Assembly: GCA_963781055.1 (NCBI GenBank)
Contig: CAWAEW010000031.1
Span: 16,366 to 48,365, forward strand
From: Terriglobia bacterium
GTDB lineage: Bacteria > Acidobacteriota > Terriglobia > Acidiferrales > UBA7541
Length of the DNA: 32,000 nt
Reading direction: 5' to 3'
The notes under the pieces were generated by a model, which was not told the DNA's origin, did not search any database, and saw only the letters and a list, made by a program, of their open reading frames with translations. Position 1 is the first letter of the stretch, and each line of letters opens with the position of its first letter. The position numbers and the translations under genes are program-made. Positions 8,740-16,789 of the stretch are shown piece by piece.

Positions 8740-9371
8740 ATGCCCAAAAAAAGCGCAGGTCTGCTGTTGTATCGCGGAACCGGTCGGCTCGCTGGAAGTG
8801 TTGCTGGTGCACCCTGGAGGTCCCTTCTGGGCGAAGAAAGATGATGGAGCTTGGTCTATCCCCAAAGGTGAATTTGATCCGGGCGAGGACCCGCTGGACG
8901 CTGCCAAGCGAGAGTTTCGAGAGGAAACAGGCCTAGTCGCTCAGGGAGAATATCGGCCTTTGAGCCCTATTCGCCAAGTAGGCGGAAAGATCGTTCATGC
9001 ATGGGCAGTGCAATGTGATGTTGACGCTGCGGCGGTCAAAAGCAACACTTTTTCCATGGAATGGCCGCCTAGATCGGGCAAGGATGCGGGAATTTCCGGA
9101 AATAGACCGAGCCGAGTGGTTCAAAATCGGCGTGGCAAAACGAAAAATCCTGAAAAGCCAGTTGGGCTTGCTGGAGCAACTCGAAGAAGCCATGGCTTCA
9201 GCCCAAGAAAACGTGTCAGGCTTTACTCTCTACTCCGCAGCATCGCTCATCCAGGAAAAATGCAAATCAAGAAGCGCGCCGCAAATAATTGTGAAGATGC
9301 TCGGCCTCGGCGGAATTCCGCAAATTGCGGATCACTTGCTTCTCAATCTGCCGGATGCGTTCTCGCGTTAA
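8740..9371 (+). pseudogene. NUDIX hydrolase; two +1 frameshifts as sequenced, 3' end uncertain
   Basis: ATG 8740 gives MPKKSAGLLLYRGTGR (frame 1). Frame 2 follows: SLEVLLVHPGGPFWAKKDDGAWSIPKGEFDPGEDPLDAAKREFREETGL (complete Nudix box GX5EX7REUXEEXGU) ...SNTFSMEWPPRSGK. Frame 0 follows: MREFPEIDRAEWFKIGVAKRKILKSQLGLLEQLEE.... Shifts lie at ~8785-8790 and at G 9083. As sequenced, the last frame runs to 9371 and overlaps the convergent sigma gene by ~105 nt, which is suspicious. Confidence 0.8.
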
Positions 9372-10862
9372 ACCGAGAGTCGCGCCCACTTCTTCCAGGG
9401 TATGCTCGTCTCCGTCAAAGCCGAAACGCATGCGGATGATCTGCTCTTCCCGCGGCGTAAAAGCTCTCAGCGCCTGGGCCGCCTTCTCTTGCAGGTCCTT
9501 GCTGATCACGGCTTCCGACGGCGACGCAACAGTTTTGTTCTCGATCAGATCGCCCAAATGCGACTCTTCCTCCTCGCCAACCGGCATATCGAGGGAGAGA
9601 CATTCCTGCGCCGTCTGCATCAGGTCACGGACCTTGCCGACGGGAACCCCCATGCGCGCCGCGATTTCTTCCGAAGTGGGTCGCCGGCCCAATTGCTTCG
9701 TCAGTTCCTGTTTCATGCGCGCGGCCCGGTTGATCGTCTCGGTCATGTGCACGGGAAGGCGAACCGTACGGGACTGGCCGGCGATCGCTCGGCCGACAGA
9801 CTGCCAGATCCACCAAGTGGCGTAGGTGGAGAACTTGTAACCGCGGCGCCAGTCGAACTTGTCGACCGCCCGCATCAGGCCGATATTTCCTTCCTGGATC
9901 AGGTCGAGAAGATCAAGGCCTCGGTTCTGGTATTTCTTGGCGATCGAAACCACAAGACGCAGGTTTGCTTCCGCCAGATCTTTCTTGGCTTGGCCGGTTT
10001 CGGTCTCGCCTCGCTGGATCATTTCGATTGTTCGCTTGAGTCCCTTCAGGCTGGAGCCAGCCGCAGCTTCCATCCGCCTCAATTCCGCGCGGCGCACAGC
10101 CAAGGCTTTGTGGACTTCTTGAAGGCGCTGTTGGGAGGCGGATTTGGACCTGCGTTGCAGACCGAGGATTTCATTCTCCAGGGCCAAGATCTTCTGCAAA
10201 ACTTCGCGAACTTTTGCGGTGAGGCGCGCCTTTTCGGCCGGATTCAACTTGATCGCGCGAACCAGGCGCGAAATCTCAACCCACGTGCGCGCCCGCCGAT
10301 ACCCGATGTGCAGTAAAGCAGCCTTATTTGATTTCGGAATTCGACGGAGATGCCCCGAGTCCCGCAAAATGGACTTGTGAAAGGCTGCGATTTCGCTGGT
10401 GACTTGTAGGAGTTTCCGGGTCTGCTTTTCGCGCTGCGCCGGAGTCAGCAGCTCGTCGCCTGCGTCCACGATTTCTTCGATGGAACGCTCCTGGCGACGC
10501 ACAGTTTCCGCGGCATGCACCAGCTCAGCCCACACAATGGGGGAGCGCGAAAGCGCCTTTTGAGCTCGCATTTGGCCGCGCTCGATCCGCTTCGCCAGGC
10601 GTACTTCCCCATCCCGCGTGAGAAGCGGCGTTCGGCCCATCTCGCGAAAGTACATGGTGACCGGGTCGGCCGACTCCGCCAGTGCCTCTACTGTGCGATC
10701 ATCAAGATCGGCTCCCGCCTCATCGGCGTATTCCGGCATCTCGCTTTGGACGTCACCGGGGACGGAAACGTCCATTTCCTCAGCGGTCTCCGCCCCATGG
10801 GCAACTTGGTCAAGTTCCTCGTTTATAGATAACAATAGCTGCTCCCGTTCCCCTGGACGCAT
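9267..10862 (-). CDS. rpoD: RNA polymerase sigma-70 family factor, RpoD-like with a long non-conserved insert and atypical region 2
   Basis: Region 1.2 is [29 protein letters not shown]. Region 2 is [76 protein letters not shown]. Region 4.2 is [28 protein letters not shown]. Start chosen at ATG 10862; the longest ORF starts at GTG 10949. Confidence 0.85.
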   Translation of the reverse strand: MRPGEREQLLLSINEELDQVAHGAETAEEMDVSVPGDVQSEMPEYADEAGADLDDRTVEALAESADPVTMYFREMGRTPLLTRDGEVRLAKRIERGQMRAQKALSRSPIVWAELVHAAETVRRQERSIEEIVDAGDELLTPAQREKQTRKLLQVTSEIAAFHKSILRDSGHLRRIPKSNKAALLHIGYRRARTWVEISRLVRAIKLNPAEKARLTAKVREVLQKILALENEILGLQRRSKSASQQRLQEVHKALAVRRAELRRMEAAAGSSLKGLKRTIEMIQRGETETGQAKKDLAEANLRLVVSIAKKYQNRGLDLLDLIQEGNIGLMRAVDKFDWRRGYKFSTYATWWIWQSVGRAIAGQSRTVRLPVHMTETINRAARMKQELTKQLGRRPTSEEIAARMGVPVGKVRDLMQTAQECLSLDMPVGEEEESHLGDLIENKTVASPSEAVISKDLQEKAAQALRAFTPREEQIIRMRFGFDGDEHTLEEVGATLGLTRERIRQIEKQVIRNLRNSAEAEHLHNYLRRAS

Positions 10863-11040
10863 GATCGAACCCCGACACGGCTCTCCCCATCCTTTAGTTA
10901 AATCTCGCCGGAGAAAGCCGGAATCACTGCCGAAAGGGCCTAGCCTCACTTCGCCAATGTTGGTCCAAGGTGACTATAAATAATAGATGCTCCAGCGCCG
11001 CAAAAGACGCAAGTAAACCACTTTTTGGGGAGCGGCAAGG

Positions 11041-11784
11041 TCATTGGGGCGCTATCACGGTGTCGATAAACTGGCGCATCCGGCGATAGTGGGAACCTTT
11101 CCAATAGATCCGTCCACATTGAGGGCAATTGTAAAATTCATGGAAATGCTGCCGCGTCCGCGGCATCAGGCGGTCGCTGATCATCTCCTTTGAAATCGGG
11201 CGCAGCATGGCATTGCAATGCATGCACCGGCGAAAAGGCATGATTGCCCGGGCCAGGTCGAAACGCTGCAACAACTCGGCCAGTTGCCGGGCGGGCTCGG
11301 TTGCTCGCAGGTAGCAGCCGCGCGTGACCACGGTACGCATGAGCAATCCGCGGTCTCGAGTCAGCAAAATCCTGTCTTCGTCGGCGGAAAATTTGGCCAA
11401 CTCCTCATCCGCATAATCATTCCGGTAGAGAGTGTCGAAGCCCAGCATTCGAAGGTAAGCTGCCAACCGTCCCAGGTGCGTGTCGGCAACAAACCGCGTC
11501 TCGGCTGGAGGCTGCGGGCGCAAATGCGCGTGCGGTGAAATGTCGATGGATTGAAATTCGGGATAGACGCTGATTATGTCGCCATCTTGCACCTGGTAGG
11601 TGAAGTCCACTGGTTGCCCGTTGGCAAGGATCAGATCCACTTCCGTGTGTGGCACGCCCAGGGACTCGATCATATCTTTGACCGACCCGCTCACGTGAAA
11701 GCTATACGTCATGGTTCGCGCCCTTTTTTCGGGCGGCAGAAAGTCATTCAAATCCGCGTAGAACCGCACGCCAGCCTGTTTCAT
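11041..11784 (-). CDS. Mut7-C RNase domain protein with N-terminal ubiquitin-like (ThiS/MoaD-like) domain and C-terminal zinc ribbon
   Basis: ATG 11784 has AAGGGA upstream. MKQAGVRFYADLNDFLPPEKRARTMTYSFHVSGSVKDMIESLGVPHTEVDLILANGQPVDF is the ubiquitin-like part. RFVADTHLGRLAAYLRMLGFDT...ILLTRDRGLL is the PIN-like Mut7-C part. CMHCN...CPQCGRIYWKGSH is the zinc ribbon. Confidence 0.8.
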   Translation of the reverse strand: MKQAGVRFYADLNDFLPPEKRARTMTYSFHVSGSVKDMIESLGVPHTEVDLILANGQPVDFTYQVQDGDIISVYPEFQSIDISPHAHLRPQPPAETRFVADTHLGRLAAYLRMLGFDTLYRNDYADEELAKFSADEDRILLTRDRGLLMRTVVTRGCYLRATEPARQLAELLQRFDLARAIMPFRRCMHCNAMLRPISKEMISDRLMPRTRQHFHEFYNCPQCGRIYWKGSHYRRMRQFIDTVIAPQ

Positions 11785-11939
11785 GGACGCGATCCCTTGG
11801 GAGAGCAACAAGCCATATACGGGGTCGCTGTCCAACCCACCAGAGATGAAGCAGTGATCTGTCTTCTATGTGTCGCCATCGGATTAGGCAGGATTTTGTA
11901 GCGCCCTCCTTCAGGCCTGCGTGTGATTGACTGCAAAGT

Positions 11940-11957
11940 GCCCGCCTTCAGGCGGGC
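11940..11957 (-). terminator. GC-rich hairpin downstream of the MFS gene (terminator-like, weak U-tract)
   Basis: GCCCGCC (11940-11946), TTCA loop, GGCGGGC (11951-11957). On the minus-strand RNA it is followed by ACUUUG. An alternative pairing of GTAGCGCC (11898-11905) with GGCGCTAC (11955-11962) competes with it. Confidence 0.35.
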
Positions 11958-12019
11958 GCTACACTCAGGACCAGGTTTTCAGCAGGCCTCGCGGCCCGAC
12001 CTTCCGGCTTTTCTGCCCG

Positions 12020-13441
12020 CTACTCGATCGGAATTACAACCGCGTCGCTAATCTCAAATGTTTTGTGAGTCCGGCGAATATATTTCCATGCCACCAAGGT
12101 GGCGATGAACAAGAGTCCCAGGGAAATTATCGAAGCCGTTTTCAATCCTCGAATAATTTGAGCGGACGAGTTCCCTGCCAGCGCGCCGAAAATCGCCACG
12201 CCAATGGCTCCGCCTGTCTGCCGGGCGGCATTGATAACCGCGGAAGCGGTTCCGGAGCGGCTGCGATCCACGCTGGAAAGCACGGTGGCCGTCATCGCCG
12301 GAATGGCAAAGCCCATGCCGGCGGGAATGACGATGAAAGGAAGGAGCATTGTGGCGTAGGAAGTCGCGGGCCCCAGTTGGGAGAGCATCGTGAATCCGGC
12401 AAACGTCCCGATCGCTCCCAGGATCATCGGCAGGCGCGGCCCCATTCTGGACCCGACAACGCCGCTGGCCACATTGGAAACGATGAACGTGCACATCAGC
12501 GGGAGATAAGCAAGTCCGGTACGCAAGGTTGAATATCCGCGCGCCTGCTCCAGGTAGAGGCTCAGAACAAAAAATATTCCGTAGAAGGAAAGATTCATGA
12601 AAGTCCCGAAAATCACGGCCGGGCTGAAATTGGGCAGACGGAAAATTTCAAATGGGAGCATAGGCTCGTTCGATTTTGTTTCCGCGAAGTAAAACGCGAT
12701 TGCTGCCGAGACGGCGAGAATACCACCTCCGATCACCAGCGGATGGCCGATGCCCAACGGTCGAGTTTCGATCACCGAACAGGTCAAGCCGCCGACGGCC
12801 AGGATCGCAAGCAATTGCCCGAGCGGGTCGAGGTGGTGCTTCGCCTTCGCACGAGCGATGGGCGGAACCGAGCGCAGGGTCAAGTAAATGCCGATGGCGC
12901 AGAGCGGGAGGTTGACCAGAAAAATACTTCGCCACCCCAGGCTGCTGACCAGCAACCCGCCGGCGACCGGGCCCGCCGCGATGGCCACGCTACCGCCCGC
13001 GGTCCAAAGTCCAACGGCGCGAGCCCGCAGGCCGTGATCATTGGCAGCCGCATGATTGAGCAGCGCCAGCGAACTGGGGATCAATAATGCACCGCCCGCG
13101 CCTTGCACAGCGCGGGCAGCGATCAGCATCGCGACATTCGACGCCAGCCCGCAGGCGAGCGATGCGGCGGCGAAGATTGCAAGGCCCGCAAGATAGGCAC
13201 GCCGGGAACCGAACCGGTCGCCCAGCACTCCCGCGGAAAGCATCAGAACCGCAAATGGCAACGTATAGGCGTCAACGACCCACTGCAGCCCGGCAACGTG
13301 CACGGACAATCCCGTGGCGATGCGCGACAACGCAACGTTCACGATGGTCACATCGAGCTGCGTTACTACAAAACCAAAACTGGTGGCGGCAATAATCGAG
13401 TTGATCCCGGTACCGGCCGTTTCCTGGGTTGTGGTGGTCAT
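12020..13441 (-). CDS. MFS transporter, DHA2 (EmrB/QacA-like, 14-TMS) drug:H+ antiporter family
   Basis: ATG 13441 gives MTTTTQETAG...FVVTQLDVTIVNVALSRIATGL...LGDRFGSRRAYLAGLAIFAAASLACGLA...ARAVQGAGGALLIPSSLALL, typical DHA2 motifs. The protein is hydrophobic throughout and the frame is intact. Confidence 0.9.
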   Translation of the reverse strand: MTTTTQETAGTGINSIIAATSFGFVVTQLDVTIVNVALSRIATGLSVHVAGLQWVVDAYTLPFAVLMLSAGVLGDRFGSRRAYLAGLAIFAAASLACGLASNVAMLIAARAVQGAGGALLIPSSLALLNHAAANDHGLRARAVGLWTAGGSVAIAAGPVAGGLLVSSLGWRSIFLVNLPLCAIGIYLTLRSVPPIARAKAKHHLDPLGQLLAILAVGGLTCSVIETRPLGIGHPLVIGGGILAVSAAIAFYFAETKSNEPMLPFEIFRLPNFSPAVIFGTFMNLSFYGIFFVLSLYLEQARGYSTLRTGLAYLPLMCTFIVSNVASGVVGSRMGPRLPMILGAIGTFAGFTMLSQLGPATSYATMLLPFIVIPAGMGFAIPAMTATVLSSVDRSRSGTASAVINAARQTGGAIGVAIFGALAGNSSAQIIRGLKTASIISLGLLFIATLVAWKYIRRTHKTFEISDAVVIPIE

Positions 13442-13704
13442 GTGATCAGTCAGGCACCACGATCTCGCCGCTCCACTCCTTTGGAAGCGGACGTTCGTCA
13501 ACCTTCCCGATCTAATGTACAGGAAAATCGGTTGCAGCCGAGGGCTGCGTGGCGCGGGTTTCTTGCTTCAACCAGGATACTGGAGGGTTGCAAGCGCTGC
13601 CTGCCTACGGTTTCGCGCTTTTCGGCTGACTATCGCTCACGATTGGATAATAACACTACAGCGCCCAGGCACCGCTTGATTGGTTTGGCTCTTGCGGGGG
13701 GTGC

Positions 13705-13745
13705 CCCATCCTTTCGCGAAGTTGCGAAAGGATGGGTTCTTTAAG
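13705..13745. terminator. Perfect 13-bp stem hairpin plus short T-tract, orphan position between MFS upstream region and tRNA-Lys
   Basis: CCCATCCTTTCGC (13705-13717), GAAGTT loop, GCGAAAGGATGGG (13724-13736), then TTCTTT on the plus strand. No plus-strand gene lies upstream. It sits 62 nt downstream of the minus-strand tRNA-Lys 3' end, but the minus orientation lacks a U-tract. Confidence 0.4.
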
Positions 13746-13798
13746 AACTCACAGATGAATTACTGGCCTAGACATCTTTCAACCGGCGGATTTGATGT

Positions 13799-13873
13799 TG
13801 GTAGGGGCGGTGGGGATCGAACCCACGACCTTCGGCTTAAAAGGCCGCTGCTCTACCACTGAGCTACGCCCCT
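13799..13873 (-). tRNA. tRNA-Lys: tRNA-Lys (anticodon UUU), CCA encoded
   Basis: The reverse complement reads AGGGGCG TA GCTC AGTGGTA GAGC A GCGGC CTTTTAA GCCGA AGGTC GTGGG TTCGATC CCCAC CGCCCCT A CCA. It folds as a cloverleaf with a 7-bp acceptor stem, a TTCGATC T-loop and anticodon TTT. There is one G-A mismatch at the 27:43 position. Confidence 0.9.
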
Positions 13874-13990
13874 GCAAATGAATCAGAACATCTTACACGA
13901 AAAAGAGGGAGCGCACATGCGCCGGTTGAGGCCGGCATTGGAAGGGATCATCCCATCCCCCTAACGATCTTGCACCGTATGGGAGATCGG

Positions 13991-14015
13991 AAAAATCGCC
14001 TGCCAGATGCAGGCG
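13991..14015 (-). terminator. Rho-independent terminator (minus strand) ~240 nt downstream of hpf
   Basis: Minus-strand RNA: CGCCUGC AUCUG GCAGGCG followed by AUUUUU. On the plus strand the arms are 13997-14003 and 14009-14015, with the A-run at 13991-13996. Confidence 0.5.
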
Positions 14016-14212
14016 CAATGAAACGCTTACGTAATGGAGCGAATCCTGGGGAGTATCATTCCCTGAATCCGGATGGGCGCGAGAAATCAGGGTGAAGTCA
14101 CCATTCCAAATCGTGCGGCGGATTCGTGCAAAATCGAAGGCGCCTGCGGCGCTGTTGAGCAACACCCCTTGCACAGCGTTGCTTATAATCCATAGGTTGC
14201 GTAGGCAAGCCG

Positions 14213-14244
14213 CAACCCCAAACGAAGCAATTGGTTCGGGGTTG
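14213..14244 (-). terminator. Hairpin immediately after the hpf stop (10-bp stem, no U-tract)
   Basis: Minus-strand CAACCCCGAA ... UUUGGGGUUG with a 12-nt loop. The stem contains a G-U pair that is a C-A mismatch on the plus strand, so the structure is specific to the minus-strand transcript. Confidence 0.3.
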
Positions 14245-14254
14245 CTCGAGAACT

Positions 14255-14602
14255 TCAGGCCAACGCTTTCGCGCGTGGCCGCTTGCGCTTCCATTCGTAG
14301 TCCTTGCGGAGCAGGGCCATGTGTTTCTTGATCTGCGTTTCGATTTCGGAGAAGGCCGCCTTGACGCTTTTGCGGACGTCGGCCCCTTCCCCGGTAGCGT
14401 GCAAAGTTCCGGTCGGAAGCGAAAGATTCAGAGTGAACGAGTAGCTTTCCTTTCGCGGATGCTTCTCGATGTTTCCGTGGAACTGCACCAGATCGGGAGC
14501 GTACCGCGTCAAGAGCTTCTTCAGTTTCACGACGTGCTGTTCGGTTTCCTTTTCAATCGGCTCGCGCCATTCCTCATTTCCATTGCGAATTGCAACTTTC
14601 AT
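14255..14602 (-). CDS. hpf: Ribosome hibernation promoting factor / RaiA family (short form)
   Basis: ATG 14602 has GGAAAGG upstream. MKVAIRNGNEEWREPIEKETEQHVVKLKKLLTRYAPDLVQFHGNIEKHPRKESYSFTLNLSLPTGTLHATGEGADVRKSVKAAFSEIETQIKKH fits the HPF/YfiA beta-alpha-beta-beta-beta-alpha pattern and length. Confidence 0.8.
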   Translation of the reverse strand: MKVAIRNGNEEWREPIEKETEQHVVKLKKLLTRYAPDLVQFHGNIEKHPRKESYSFTLNLSLPTGTLHATGEGADVRKSVKAAFSEIETQIKKHMALLRKDYEWKRKRPRAKALA

Positions 14603-14766
14603 GGGATGACCTTTCCGGGGAAGAATTCGTAGCGGCTTGCAATGGGCGGCACATTTCGTGAATTCATTTGCGATTTCAGAATAGCAATTCCGGAAGGCGG
14701 TTGCAAACGGCAGTTCCAGAGTACTTTCCAAGACCTAGAACAAATCCGCCAAAAAAGAACCCAGAC

Positions 14767-15226
14767 TTATTTCTTGAAGAGATTTTCAAACGCCTGGCGC
14801 GCATCGAGCGGCCGCGAAACTCTTTCCGGGGAAGCCGATTGACTGGTCAGCGGGCGCCGACGGCGCCGTATCCTTCTCGATGGTGGTGCGAAATTCGTAG
14901 AAGGTGCAATCGTTTCGCTGGTCTTTCCGGGCAATGCGCTCGGGCACGGGCTTCATGCACTCGAAACGCGCGGCGGTATCGAAATAGGCGCACTGTTTGC
15001 AGGAGTGCAATTCATACCCGCATTTCGGGCACTTGCCTTTGGGGTCAAAGCCCGGCTGCAGGACGGCCCCGCAATTGGAACAGCGCGCGCGCGTAATGGT
15101 GCCGACCATTCGCGGCGTGCGCGGCCCGATTTGATCTTGTCTCGGATGGCCTTCCGGCGGCCGTCTCTCTTTTTTCTGGGGCTTGTCGGCACTCATGTAG
15201 CCCTGTTGCTTATACTTCCGCTCCAA
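14767..15226 (-). pseudogene. Conserved hypothetical zinc-ribbon protein; +1 frameshift near the 3' end as sequenced
   Basis: TTG 15226 has GGAGG 6 nt upstream. MERKYKQQGYMSADKPQKKE...RCSNCGAVLQPGFDPKGKCPKCGYELHSCKQCAYFDTAARFECMKP contains CxxC pairs. After ...SIGF the next frame gives PERVSRPLDARQAFENLFKK* (stop 14767-14769). Removing one C from CCCC (plus-strand GGGG 14828-14831) joins them. Confidence 0.6.
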
Positions 15227-15366
15227 AGAAAACCTCCAGGGGGATGCTTAGATCATACTCTGAATCGCCGTGCACAACACGTAAATAACGCAATCTTGTA
15301 AATATTCTTGTATTTCGTGGCACAACCAGGAACCCGCAATGCGCCTCCGCGAAGACCGCGGCGCGG

Positions 15367-16789
15367 TCAACTGTGTCGGGCCCACAGCCGCGCCAACCCT
15401 TCCGGCTTCAGGTCAGGCTGCAAAAATGTCCGCGGCGTGCCGGCATCGGCCAGAATTGCTTCCGCGGCCAGGTATCCGCTGCGGACCGCCCCTTCCATGG
15501 TCGATGGCCAGCCGGTGGACGGTCCAATCTCCCGCAAGAAACAATTTCGCCACGGGACTTTTCTGCGCGGGACGCCACTGGTCCGAGCCGGGCGCGGGCG
15601 AAAACGTCGCGCTCATTTCCTTGACGACGGTTCCCTTCACCAGGGTGGCCTCGCGCGTTGCGGGAAGCACTCCGCGGAGTTCTCCCAGGCACAGCGCGAT
15701 GATTTCCTGGCGCGAACGCTGGGTCAAACTGTAGGACGCGCTGATCACCAACTGCAGATATTGTCCGCTGTTTTCTCCGCCTTCGCCATATAGCTGCGTC
15801 TTATTGAATACCCACTGCGTCGTGGTATCGACCAGCGTGAGAAACGGCTCGTGCATCACGGTCCGGTCAAACCAGAGATGCACTCCGGTGATCGGAGAGG
15901 CCCGCAATTTTTTCAAATTTGAGAACACCGGCTCGCGCTCGGCCACGTCCGGCGGCAGCAGTTCGGGCAAGACATCTTGCGGCACCGCCGCCAGATAGTA
16001 GTCGGCCGTTTCGACGGAACCATCGTCCCTCAACACGCCTTCGACGCCGCCATTTGCCACGAGAAAACCGCGCACGCCGGCCCGCAAAATCACTTCCCCG
16101 CCCCGCTTTGTAATGGCTTCCTTGCAGCCGTCGTACAAATTGCCGAGCGGCACGCGCGGGATGCCGATGCGATATCCGCGACGTGTCGAAAGAAACGCCT
16201 TCCAGAACACATCGATGCCGTACTGCGCGTCGATGCGGTCCAGCTCTTCATCGAGCGCGCTGACCAGAATGACTTCCCAAAATCGCCGGATCGCGCGATC
16301 GGTCTGCCGGTGTTTCTGAAGCCAGGCCAGCATCGAGATGCCGGTTCCGGCACTGGAAGCGTCCGCCGGACGCCCGCCGCTGCGCGCGATTGCCAGGAGC
16401 GCCCCGGCGATGGCGCGCTTGTCGGCCCAGCCGAGCAACGGAAACTTCAGGAAAGAAGGCGCCATGTGCAAGGGCGCGGGCAGCGCGGCCGCCTTCATCG
16501 AGCCGCGGCGTCCGTCCGGGGCGGCAAAATACAGCCGGTCGAAAAATCGAATCTTGTCCGCCGCGCCGGCCCTTCGGTAGAAATCTTCCAGGTTCGTGCA
16601 GCATCCCAGCGTCACGTGCTGGCAATTGTCCACATGCTCGCCGCCGGGCAACACGTAGGACGCGGCGCGGCCGCCCAAATGGGGCCGCTGTTCGAGCAAA
16701 CGCACGCGGAAGCCGGCTTCAGCCAGCGCGACGCCCGAGGAAAGTCCCGCCAGGCCGCCGCCGATCACGATCACGTTTTTCAAGGACAT
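15367..16789 (-). pseudogene. hpnE: Hydroxysqualene dehydroxylase HpnE (FAD-dependent amine-oxidase/phytoene-desaturase fold); +1 frameshift near the 3' end as sequenced
   Basis: ATG 16789 gives MSLKNVIVIGGGLAGLSSGVALAEAGFRVRLLEQRPHLGGRA (GxGxxG FAD fold). After ...KLFLAGDWTV the ORF degenerates. The next frame reads TGWPSTMEGAVRSGYLAAEAILADAGTPRTFLQPDLKPEGLARLWARHS* (stop 15367-15369). Removing one C at ~15517-15521 restores DWTVTGWPSTMEGAVRSGY. Confidence 0.85.

Noticed and set aside
13515-13688. 57-aa plus-strand ORF (MYRKIGCSRGLRGAGF...) upstream of the 13705 hairpin.
   Set aside because: It has no SD sequence and an Arg/Gly-rich composition like the shadow ORFs. It was considered only because the hairpin looks like a plus-strand terminator.
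13893-14294. 133-aa minus-strand ORF between hpf and tRNA-Lys.
   Set aside because: It overlaps the hpf 3' end, runs through a canonical terminator at 13991-14015, and has no family resemblance.
14701-14718. Sigma-54-like element on the minus strand (TGGAACTGCCGTTTGCA) upstream of hpf.
   Set aside because: This also has GG-N11-GC rather than GG-N10-GC. It is not a valid -24/-12 promoter unless an indel error is assumed, which I cannot justify.
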